Source: a virus | DNA: 64,000 nucleotides | Strand: one strand, 5' to 3' | Virus record (IMG/VR): IMGVR_UViG_3300046777_001387 | Location: 1-64,000 of that record | In this document: positions 27,506-36,772 of the stretch, piece after piece | How positions within the stretch are numbered: the stretch's first letter is position 1 | Layout of the letters: every line of letters starts with the position of its first letter | Translations under genes and position numbers: made by a program | The notes under the pieces: generated by a model | Database searches by the model: none | The model's input: the letters and a program-made list of their open reading frames with translations, nothing else | Told to the model about the DNA's origin: nothing

Positions 27506-29113
27506 ATGAAATCAGTCATTACGCCACTTCTGAAGTATCAGATTGCAGAAACTCTAAAGAACGAAATGTTCTCGACGAGCGCCAATACCTATATTGGCAT
27601 CGGTAGACCTATTAGATGGGGCAACGATAATACTGAGGTTGCCGGAGAGATTGAAGAGGTTTCGTATACTACGAATTACATCAATCAAGTATACAGAGAT
27701 ATGGTGGCAGTGAAGAAGATTACTGCCTCGGATATTGCTCTGGTTGTTCCTCGAGTGGACTGGACAACCAGCACTCGCTATGACGAATACCTAGACCATA
27801 GAGAAATCTTCTCACACGACAGCTATACTTCTTTGGGTAATCTGACGGCATCTGCATCCTCGGGTTGCACCGCAATTAATATTGCGAGCTCGTACAATAC
27901 CAGCGTTGAGGTTGGATCGATTATTACAATCGGATCCAGAGAAGATAAAGAAGTCGTCACCGTACAAACTATCGCCACAAACACAATCCTGACACTGAAC
28001 TCGGCGACTTCTACTGCATACACCAATGCAAATACGCTGGCAGTATTGCAGAACACCTATCCAAAGTTCGCCAATAACTTCTATGTGCTGAACTCCAAGG
28101 ATCAGGTTTTCAAGTGCCTGTTCAATAACAGCAATGGTCTTTCGACGGTTGAGCCAACCATTGATATCGACGGTCAGCTTCCAGAGAATCCATACGTTGA
28201 GCCGGGAGACGGATATAAGTGGAAGTATCTCTACACTATTCCGTATGGCTACAAGCAAAAGTTCTTCACTAAGAATTGGATGCCAGTTCTGTCGGACAAT
28301 GCCGTTACTGCTGGTGCACTAGACGGAAGAATCGACATTATCAAGGTTGTCAACGGTGGCACAGGTTATTATCTGTCCGGACAATCTGGAAATAGCAATA
28401 CTCTGCCCATTATCACTGTTGTCGGCGACGGCACCGGCGCTAACGTAACCGCAAAGGTTGCCAGTGGCGTTATTGTGGACCTGAATATTCTGAATGGTGG
28501 TTTTGGTTATACCAAGGGCACAATCGTCGTAAACGATCCTGACCAGCTAGCCAATGGCACTCCAGCTTCCTTCGACGTAAACATCAGCCCCAAGGGTGGA
28601 CATGGATCTAATCCATTGAAGGAATTGGGTTGCTATACTGCGATGGTTTCTGTCGATCTAATTGGAACTGAGTCTGGACAGATTCCTGTCGGCTCACCAA
28701 CCACGGGTCAGTTTGACTTCCGTCAGATTTCTCTGATTCGTGATCCGCAGCTTGCCAATGGCAGATACGCAACCTCCAGCGTCTACAGAACAACCACTGT
28801 TCTTACGGTTTCTGATCCCGGTATCACCAACTTCACCAATGACGAAGTGGTCAGTACCACAGCAGGGTTCACAGCAACTGTTATTGACTGGGATCCGAAT
28901 AATAATCTTTTGTCCATAAATAACAAAGATGGAACTCTGTCTGTTGGCGATCAGGTATTCGGTAACGTCACCGGCGCAGTTTCAACAGTAACCGCTATTC
29001 AAGAACCCACTCTAAGCTTGTTCACCGGCGATCTGCTATATATTGAAAACAAACTAAAAGTGATTCGCGATATTGATCAGTCGGAACAAATCAGAGTAAT
29101 TCTATCATTCTAG
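27506..29113 (+). CDS. 8: Baseplate wedge gp8
   Basis: VVPRVDW; FYVLN...QVFKCLFN; DGYKWKYLYTI; DFRQISLIRDP; GDLLYIEN. Confidence 0.9.
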   Translation: MKSVITPLLKYQIAETLKNEMFSTSANTYIGIGRPIRWGNDNTEVAGEIEEVSYTTNYINQVYRDMVAVKKITASDIALVVPRVDWTTSTRYDEYLDHREIFSHDSYTSLGNLTASASSGCTAINIASSYNTSVEVGSIITIGSREDKEVVTVQTIATNTILTLNSATSTAYTNANTLAVLQNTYPKFANNFYVLNSKDQVFKCLFNNSNGLSTVEPTIDIDGQLPENPYVEPGDGYKWKYLYTIPYGYKQKFFTKNWMPVLSDNAVTAGALDGRIDIIKVVNGGTGYYLSGQSGNSNTLPIITVVGDGTGANVTAKVASGVIVDLNILNGGFGYTKGTIVVNDPDQLANGTPASFDVNISPKGGHGSNPLKELGCYTAMVSVDLIGTESGQIPVGSPTTGQFDFRQISLIRDPQLANGRYATSSVYRTTTVLTVSDPGITNFTNDEVVSTTAGFTATVIDWDPNNNLLSINNKDGTLSVGDQVFGNVTGAVSTVTAIQEPTLSLFTGDLLYIENKLKVIRDIDQSEQIRVILSF

Positions 29114-29126
29114 AGCAGGATAAACA

Positions 29127-32100
29127 ATGGAATTTAACGTAGAACCATATTATGACGACTTTACGCTAAACGCGAAAGACAATAACTATCTCAAGATTCT
29201 ATTCAAACCCGGATATTCTGTTCAGGCTCGCGAACTGACACAGATCCAGTCTATCCTGCAGAATCAGATCAAGCAGCTGGGAGATCATATCTTCCAGAAC
29301 GGTTCCCCAGTTATCGGTGGAAACCTTACGCTTGACAACAAGATCACCTATCTAAAGCTCGACGAAACTTACAACAATGAAGACATCGAGCTAGATTCTT
29401 TCATTGGTCGAATCATTGTGCGTGACTCGGATGGTGTGGTGCAAGCCAAGGTTATGGCTTCGTATTTCCCATCGGGTGGCGTGCCAACCATCATGATCAA
29501 GTACCTCAGCGGCGCTGAGTTCTCGGATGGTGATGTGTTTAAGGTTGCCGGCACTACGCTAAAGGCAAAGGCAGTAGACAGTGCTGCGTCGGGCAAGGGA
29601 ACGATTGTTTCTATTAACGACGGCATTTTCTACGTTGACGGTTATTTTGTAACTGTTGTTCCTCAGACTGCGGTCGTGGGTGCATACACTCAGAACGCTA
29701 ACGTTAAGATTGGTCTAGAAATCAGCGACGACGTTGTTGATTATGTCGTTGACTCGACCCTATTGGATCCAGCGCAGGCTTCGTTCAACTATCAGGCTCC
29801 GGGTGCAGACCGTTATCAATATAATCTAAACCTTTCGACTCGCCCACTAGAAACTGCGGTTGATGAGTCGAAGTTCTTCGAGTTGATGCGCGTAGAAAAT
29901 GGCGCAATCACTAAGCTTGTTCGTTATCCAATCTACTCAGAAATCGAAAAGACTCTGGCGCGTAGAACCTTCGACGAGTCGGGTGATTATACCGTCAGCC
30001 CATTCCGTGCTTCGATTGGAAAGTCCAGCGACGATAACAAGTACATTATTAATATCGAACCAGGAAAAGCCTACGTTAAAGGTTTTGAGTTCGAGACGCT
30101 GGGCACTCTAAAGCTAGAAGCCAACAAGCCAAGAACCACCGGCATCGACACCAGAGATATTGTTGATATTGACCTGAGCACTTCCTACGGTAATTACCTG
30201 AAGTTCAAGAACGTTACCGGATCCAGTTCCTCGTTTGTTGATATCAGCGCACTGGAAGTTGTCGACCTTCACTGCGTACCAGTGAACGTTGTCAATACTT
30301 CGGATCGTTTCATCTATCAAAATACTAAGATCGGTACTGCACGAGTCAGAAATATCCAAAGAGATACCACCGGTGCAACTGAGTTCACCAGTGACTTCCG
30401 TGTATACTTCACAGATATTAGTGTACAGCCTCGTACACTTATTATGAATACCATTAGCACTGGAATCACTGCTAACACGATTAACCTGACTCCATACGCT
30501 AGTGCCACTGAGAACGCTTACCAGAATACCACAATCACTATTCTGCCGGTCACTCTGTCGCCTATTGCTAACGTTAATGTGGCGAACGTTTTCGTTAATT
30601 CTACCAGAGTTAATGCTAACTCTACGGTCGCTAACGTATTCTACGATCCAACCACTGGCTTTGCTAACGTTGGAATTGGTACGATTATTAGAGTCGGCGA
30701 TGAAGTTCGTCAGGTTGTTAATATTGGCGTTGACGGTGCGGGTAACTATCTGCTGGTCAATAGTGCCTTCACTAAGACGGTTGTTGGATCGGACTCGACC
30801 ACCAATCCTCTACAAATCTTCCGTCAGAATGCTTATTCGTCTAACGTAACGAACCAGACTCGCCAGATCGTTCGCTACGACGGCACCACCAGACTTGCAT
30901 ACTTGGATCGTGCGTTTGATGAAAATGCTGTTCCTGTGCAAAATTCTGTCATCCAGCTGAACTTCGCGATCAAGGATCTCGAGTGCTTCATGGATGCCAA
31001 CGGAATCACTGGCGTAGTTAACTGCCACGCTAACGTTTCGCTACAGTCTAAGCTGATCAACGGCGACGTTGAGATGTTCCAGCCTTATGATACTGGATTG
31101 CTCTATAGACTGCCTGCTCCTTATATCAAGCGTGCTAGCTTGACCAATGTGGATCTAAACCACACCAAGTTCATCCAGCGTTCTGCCAGCCCTGCCGGCA
31201 CGTTTGTGATCAATAACGGTAACGGTCTAGAGTCATATGAATCCATTCCTTGGTCAGTAACCAATAGCAATATTGAAGATAATCTAATTGTCTTCGTTCG
31301 TGCTGGTGCTGGAACTGGTGATAATGCAACCGGTAAAATTCTAAACCTAACCACTGCCAACGTTTCTGCATCGGGTAGCGGTATCCAGATTACTGCAAAT
31401 ACTCTGATCACTGATATTGACGTTTATATCAATATCAAGCAGAACGACGTTCAGACCAGCTACCTGCGTCAAAAGACCTACAGAAGCAATGCTTCCTTCT
31501 CGACTTCGCCATTTAATTATCCGCAGTCGACTGGTGCATTCTCTGCTGACTACACAGTCACGGTTCCAAACATCGGTGCAGTTTCTAAGATCAACGTTTC
31601 CAATGGTCTGATCTTTATTACTAACACCCAGTTTACTAGAATTGACTCTGGTGATGCGATTAATCTGTTCGTTCCAGACGTAACCAAGGTTCGCCGTGTT
31701 CTTAAGGGACAGGGAGAATTCGAGGCTAACTCGACCAATTATGTGGATATTACGGACCACTTCATTGTCGACTACGGTCAGAAGGACGAAATCTACGAAC
31801 ACGCCAAGCTTATTCTTAAGCAAGGCTACCCAACGCCAAACGCCAAGCTGCTTGTGCACGTTGACTTCTTCGAGCACACTTATCCTGCGGGCGCTTCGTT
31901 CTTCTCGGTAGATTCGTATTCTGATGCACTGTATCAGTCTGGCGAAATTCCAATCTACACCTCTGCTCGTGGTGGTACATTCTTCCTGCGTGATTGCTTG
32001 GACTTCAGATCAACCCGTAGAATCGGCGTTGCTGACGGATCAATCCAGACCGCAAAGATTCCATCCCCCGATGCATCCACTAGCGTTTCGTACAGATATT

Positions 32101-33368
32101 ACCTACCAAGAATCGATAAGCTAGTTCTGAGCAAGAATAAAGAATTCCGAATCATTGAAGGTATTTCGGCATCTGCGCCAACTCCTCCAGATGATGAAGA
32201 AGGCTCGATGACGCTGTATAACATCTATCTGCCTCCTTATGTTTCGAATATCTCGGATATTCGCTTGAAGTATTTCGATAATAAGAGATACACCATGAAG
32301 GATATCTCTAGAATCGACAAGAGACTAGAGGCAGTTGAGTATTATACTGCGCTGAACAATATCGAAAGCCGCGCTCTTAACGACGTCACTCTATACGAGG
32401 ACGGCACGAATAAAGAGAAGTATGGTATTATCGGCGAAAACTTTAAGAACTATAACATTGCAGACTACAAGAATAAAGACTTCAATGTTCAGCTTAAAGA
32501 AAACAATATGTCGCCATATTCTGTGTCGAGACCACACACCCTTGAGGTTGTGTCGGTTTCTAACGCTATTGAAAATGGTAAGACCGTCAGCTTGAGCTAT
32601 TCGGAAACACCTGCAATTAGTCAGGGTGTGACCAGTAATAAGACTCTATCGGTTCAGCCATTCTTGTTCGCTCAGTTTATTGGAACAATGAAGCTGACGC
32701 CAGAAATTGACTACTGGGCATCGGAAGAACTGAAGCCAGAAGTTATTCGTGGTCCAGAGGTTACAACGATCGTTAAGGAAATTAACAACAGCGTTGTGAT
32801 CCATGAGAAGATTATTGAGAAGCAAATCACTGTCACCGTTCCTGCTCCTGTCAAGAACTGCGATTCGGTGATCATTATTACTCCGGGTGCTGATCTGCCA
32901 AGCGTGGTTCCAGAAGATATCGAGCCTGTGAAGAAGGACGATCCTCCGGTCGTCATTCCTCCGCAGCCAATCGATCCTCCTCCTGCAGCACCTCCTGCAG
33001 ACCCAGTTGCTGTTATTCCTCCAGTGTTTGTTCCTTCGCCAACCTATGCAGAACCTCCAACGTTCCAAGAGGACGTCATGGTGGTCGGTCAGGATTGGGG
33101 TGCTGCTACGAGCACCGATACATATAGTGGACAGAATCAAGGTTGGATTGGATCCACCGAGTGGATTCCAGTTATGGATATGTCGGCGACCATGGGTCAG
33201 ACACTTGTTGAACCTATGCCTTCGACCCCTGTTCAGGTCTACGATGCACCAATCGTCGCTAGCACCTCTACTGCATTCGCTGGATCTGGTCCGATGAATC
33301 TATCGCTAGGCAGCTATGATAACTACTATGCGATGTTGGCATATTATTATTCAGATTGGTATTTCTAA
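29127..33368 (+). CDS. VrlC/DUF4815-like large structural protein, N-terminal part
   Basis: FNVEPYYDDF...ILFKPGYSVQARELTQIQSILQNQI; APGADR; ARRTFDESGDY.V; NKRYTMKDI. Confidence 0.85.
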   Translation: MEFNVEPYYDDFTLNAKDNNYLKILFKPGYSVQARELTQIQSILQNQIKQLGDHIFQNGSPVIGGNLTLDNKITYLKLDETYNNEDIELDSFIGRIIVRDSDGVVQAKVMASYFPSGGVPTIMIKYLSGAEFSDGDVFKVAGTTLKAKAVDSAASGKGTIVSINDGIFYVDGYFVTVVPQTAVVGAYTQNANVKIGLEISDDVVDYVVDSTLLDPAQASFNYQAPGADRYQYNLNLSTRPLETAVDESKFFELMRVENGAITKLVRYPIYSEIEKTLARRTFDESGDYTVSPFRASIGKSSDDNKYIINIEPGKAYVKGFEFETLGTLKLEANKPRTTGIDTRDIVDIDLSTSYGNYLKFKNVTGSSSSFVDISALEVVDLHCVPVNVVNTSDRFIYQNTKIGTARVRNIQRDTTGATEFTSDFRVYFTDISVQPRTLIMNTISTGITANTINLTPYASATENAYQNTTITILPVTLSPIANVNVANVFVNSTRVNANSTVANVFYDPTTGFANVGIGTIIRVGDEVRQVVNIGVDGAGNYLLVNSAFTKTVVGSDSTTNPLQIFRQNAYSSNVTNQTRQIVRYDGTTRLAYLDRAFDENAVPVQNSVIQLNFAIKDLECFMDANGITGVVNCHANVSLQSKLINGDVEMFQPYDTGLLYRLPAPYIKRASLTNVDLNHTKFIQRSASPAGTFVINNGNGLESYESIPWSVTNSNIEDNLIVFVRAGAGTGDNATGKILNLTTANVSASGSGIQITANTLITDIDVYINIKQNDVQTSYLRQKTYRSNASFSTSPFNYPQSTGAFSADYTVTVPNIGAVSKINVSNGLIFITNTQFTRIDSGDAINLFVPDVTKVRRVLKGQGEFEANSTNYVDITDHFIVDYGQKDEIYEHAKLILKQGYPTPNAKLLVHVDFFEHTYPAGASFFSVDSYSDALYQSGEIPIYTSARGGTFFLRDCLDFRSTRRIGVADGSIQTAKIPSPDASTSVSYRYYLPRIDKLVLSKNKEFRIIEGISASAPTPPDDEEGSMTLYNIYLPPYVSNISDIRLKYFDNKRYTMKDISRIDKRLEAVEYYTALNNIESRALNDVTLYEDGTNKEKYGIIGENFKNYNIADYKNKDFNVQLKENNMSPYSVSRPHTLEVVSVSNAIENGKTVSLSYSETPAISQGVTSNKTLSVQPFLFAQFIGTMKLTPEIDYWASEELKPEVIRGPEVTTIVKEINNSVVIHEKIIEKQITVTVPAPVKNCDSVIIITPGADLPSVVPEDIEPVKKDDPPVVIPPQPIDPPPAAPPADPVAVIPPVFVPSPTYAEPPTFQEDVMVVGQDWGAATSTDTYSGQNQGWIGSTEWIPVMDMSATMGQTLVEPMPSTPVQVYDAPIVASTSTAFAGSGPMNLSLGSYDNYYAMLAYYYSDWYF

Positions 33369-33385
33369 TCTTATAAGGCAAAGCA

Positions 33386-36300
33386 ATGTCATCAGAAAAT
33401 ATTTACGTTCAGCGTGGTAAACTAGTCACTGATTCTTCGTTGATTCCGTTCATCAGAAGACAGGACGTTGCCTTTGAGGCAGATAATCTGCGCCCCGGAA
33501 AGATCGCGAAGTTGTTCTTTGATGACATCGCGATGAATGGGTTCTCGCAGAAAGCCAACAGAATTGTTCTCGACTCAAAGAAAGTTATCTCTGTTAACAG
33601 TAATAGCTCGTCTATTTTGGCGGGTTATTACGTTTATCAGGGCAGTTCTCCTGCGGTCACTACGTTTACTGCAAACGTTGCGGCGTATGACTCTTCGTCG
33701 ACCACTCTGACTATCTCGAATATGAGTGGCAACTTTGATACTAGCGCCACTCTGTATATCCAGAACCTGACTTCCGGAATTATCACGGCACAGGCTAACG
33801 TTGTCAGCTTTATCAATGCTAACACTGCTGATATTTTCTACACCGGCGAAGGTGTTTACTCGCCAAACAATAACGTATACTTCGAGGTTCTTGGAACTTC
33901 TGGAGAAAATATTCTCTACGTTAACCAGAACTTCACGGTTCTGAACATTGCCAATGCTGACGTAGTAGACGTTCTGAGCACGATGACTAATGATTACCAG
34001 ATCGGTGATCTGGTTTATCAGACCACTCAGGGAAAGAGAAACCCAAACCTAGCAACTTATCTGGGTCGTGTGGTTTGGTATAATCCTGCTGTCGGTGGAA
34101 CTAAGCTGGTTCTTGAGACTATTCGTGGTACACTGAACACCAATAACCAAAACTTCACCACCAATCTAGACTGCAGAATCTGGAACGCAACTAACACTAG
34201 CTCTAGAACAATTCAGGCGACTCATCCTGTAACAATTGATCTTCAAGCTAACAACATTATTATCTCGGTCGAGGATCCTTCGAAGAAGGTTAATGTCAAG
34301 TCCCATATCCACAACTCTGGTGTTATTTCTAACACGTTTGTGAATGGAACTGACATCTATATTAACTCTGCCAATGCCTCGATTGCTGTTGGTAACTTGC
34401 TATACTTCACTGCCGGAACTGGTATGGGTCAGATCCGTAAGGTTATTGCTGTAAACGGAAATCGCGTTACGCTGAACCTTGCTCCTACTGTGAATGGAAA
34501 GACCTCTACCAAGTATTCTATCGGCAACCATGTCGTTGACGAAAACGGTACGCTGATTGGTATTCTGAATATTCCAGAAGAACCAAACTTCAAGTTCAAG
34601 ACCGGCGAAAGAATCTTCACGATCACAGACGCTTCTACAGTAACTGCGTCTGAGTTCACGATGAAGGCATCTGCCAAGTTTACTGCTGGTGGTATTCTGA
34701 ACAAGACTCAGAATATCGTAACCACTCCAGTCGGTCAGCCTCTGCCAGAATTTAATCTGGATAATCCTGTTGCGCCTCTGAAGCCAACGGAAAGAGCATA
34801 TAACTCTATCTCGAAGCAGCAGCCTTTGACTGATTCAGACTCGAGCAATATTCCTCGCGTTCCTCTGGCGGACGGTCTGTCGCAGACATTCTTCACTCCT
34901 AAGTCAAGAACCAATAAGGTCAATAATGGTATCTTCGTGACCTCGGTTGACCTGTTCTTCAAGAGCAAGCCAAGCGTTGCGAACGGCTCGTTGCAGCTAC
35001 CTATTACTGTCAGAATCGCCCAAGTGGTCAATGGATTCCCAACTAAGAATTACATTGCCTCTTCCACAGTAAAGGCAAAGGACGTAAAGATCTCAGACAG
35101 CCCTAGCGTTACGGACTCTGCTACTGTCACCAAGTTTACGTTTGATGATCCAGTTTATCTGGCACCGGATAGCGAATATGCATTCGTTGTTTCTTCTGAG
35201 TCGCCAGAATATGAACTGTATATCGCCGAGCTAGGTGGTGAGGTACTAGGTGCGGATCCTCCGCGTCGTATCTCGGAGCAGCCATACGCTGGTTCACTAT
35301 TCCGCGCACAGAACTCTTCGACTTGGACTCCGTACCAGAATGAAGACCTGATGTTTGTGATCAATAAGGCAGTGTTCCAGACCACGGGTTCTGTGACTAT
35401 GCGCTTCTCTGATCCTCCACTTGCATACGAAACTGTCGACAAGATTCTGCTGCACGTTAATGATCTGAGCTTCCCATCCGGCACTATTGACTTCAAGGTC
35501 AAGGGTGTTTGGAAGGCTAACCAGCAGCTAGAAAATTCTTGGAGATATATTAAGCCACAGGTTGAGTTCAACTATGGTTATCTACTAGATCAGTCTACTA
35601 ACCCAGCCTCGTCGAGCAACAATAACTCGAGAATGGTTGTTCACGGTAACGCAAACAGCTTTATCGTTATGGCTGAGTTCAATTCTACGGATACTGACGT
35701 TTCGCCAGTGTTTAATATGGAATCTGTGTCGCTAACTACTTCGCAGTTCCTAGTTAATAACGCTGAAATGTCTAATAACATTATCTCTATCACTAATAGA
35801 GGTATTGGTTATCTTGGTAACGCTACTGCGGTTGCTAGCTCGAACGTTCTCTACGGGTCAAGCAGCCCTGATCAGAATAACGCGGCGCAGCTGTTCAGAA
35901 TCAATTATCTGAACAATAACGCCAACGTTGGTCTGTATAACGTGACCATCACCGGTGGAAACGGAAGCGGCGCGCAAGGATTTGCTGTCGCTAATACTGA
36001 TGGATCGAATACGGTTAATTATATCGTTGTTCACCCACGCGGCAGCGGCTATATCGAAAACCCAACCATTTCGATCGCGAATGGTATTGCTACGGTTAAT
36101 GTTAGAGCAGCTGCTGTGGCTTCTGGTGAAACTGGTAAGTCTGGTGGCAATATTACAGCTAAATACTTAACGAGACAGATTACTCTGGATAAGCCTTCGG
36201 GTGACTTGACAGTTTATATGGACGCTATCAGCACTCCGGGAACTGATATTCAAGTTTACTACAAGGTCTTGGGATCTGAGGATCCAGAAGGATTTGCTGA

Positions 36301-36556
36301 TAAGTCTTGGGTTCGTATGCATAAGGAAGTCGACAGAAAGTCGAAGAACCAGCAGAATATTATCGAGCTCAAGTTTAGATCTTACCCAGAAGGCGCAAAT
36401 ACCATCAACAAGCTGCAGTATACTGAGAACGGTAAGCAATACCCGATTGGTGGAACGTTTACCTCGTTCGCTATCAAGGTTGGTCTGCTAACTTCCGATA
36501 CCTCTGTAATCCCTGTCGTTAAGAATCTGAGAATTCTAGCTACTCCAGAGGGATAA
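33386..36556 (+). CDS. VrlC-like structural protein, C-terminal part
   Basis: PFIR; FKTGERIF; LSQTFF...GIFVTSVDLFF; T.FTFDDPVYL; GSLFRAQNSSTWTP.Q.EDLMF. Confidence 0.8.
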   Translation: MSSENIYVQRGKLVTDSSLIPFIRRQDVAFEADNLRPGKIAKLFFDDIAMNGFSQKANRIVLDSKKVISVNSNSSSILAGYYVYQGSSPAVTTFTANVAAYDSSSTTLTISNMSGNFDTSATLYIQNLTSGIITAQANVVSFINANTADIFYTGEGVYSPNNNVYFEVLGTSGENILYVNQNFTVLNIANADVVDVLSTMTNDYQIGDLVYQTTQGKRNPNLATYLGRVVWYNPAVGGTKLVLETIRGTLNTNNQNFTTNLDCRIWNATNTSSRTIQATHPVTIDLQANNIIISVEDPSKKVNVKSHIHNSGVISNTFVNGTDIYINSANASIAVGNLLYFTAGTGMGQIRKVIAVNGNRVTLNLAPTVNGKTSTKYSIGNHVVDENGTLIGILNIPEEPNFKFKTGERIFTITDASTVTASEFTMKASAKFTAGGILNKTQNIVTTPVGQPLPEFNLDNPVAPLKPTERAYNSISKQQPLTDSDSSNIPRVPLADGLSQTFFTPKSRTNKVNNGIFVTSVDLFFKSKPSVANGSLQLPITVRIAQVVNGFPTKNYIASSTVKAKDVKISDSPSVTDSATVTKFTFDDPVYLAPDSEYAFVVSSESPEYELYIAELGGEVLGADPPRRISEQPYAGSLFRAQNSSTWTPYQNEDLMFVINKAVFQTTGSVTMRFSDPPLAYETVDKILLHVNDLSFPSGTIDFKVKGVWKANQQLENSWRYIKPQVEFNYGYLLDQSTNPASSSNNNSRMVVHGNANSFIVMAEFNSTDTDVSPVFNMESVSLTTSQFLVNNAEMSNNIISITNRGIGYLGNATAVASSNVLYGSSSPDQNNAAQLFRINYLNNNANVGLYNVTITGGNGSGAQGFAVANTDGSNTVNYIVVHPRGSGYIENPTISIANGIATVNVRAAAVASGETGKSGGNITAKYLTRQITLDKPSGDLTVYMDAISTPGTDIQVYYKVLGSEDPEGFADKSWVRMHKEVDRKSKNQQNIIELKFRSYPEGANTINKLQYTENGKQYPIGGTFTSFAIKVGLLTSDTSVIPVVKNLRILATPEG

Positions 36557-36559
36557 ACT

Positions 36560-36769
36560 ATGAAACTGAGAGTCAAAGAAAACGAAAAGCTTGTCAGAGA
36601 TTCTACAAACATGGCTATTTTGAACACTGATCCTGACGCTGTGAAGCGTCATGAACAGAAAATGGCTCAGCTGAGAAAGGCAAAGCAGCAGGAAGAAGAA
36701 ATAAATAATCTTCGTCAGGAAATCTCCGACATCAAAAGTATGATGCAAGAACTAATCAAGAGACTCTAA
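36560..36769 (+). CDS. Conserved small coiled-coil protein
   Basis: LVRD..NMAILNTD...EINNLR.EISDIKSM; typically follows VrlC. Confidence 0.75.
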   Translation: MKLRVKENEKLVRDSTNMAILNTDPDAVKRHEQKMAQLRKAKQQEEEINNLRQEISDIKSMMQELIKRL

Positions 36770-36772
36770 TAA

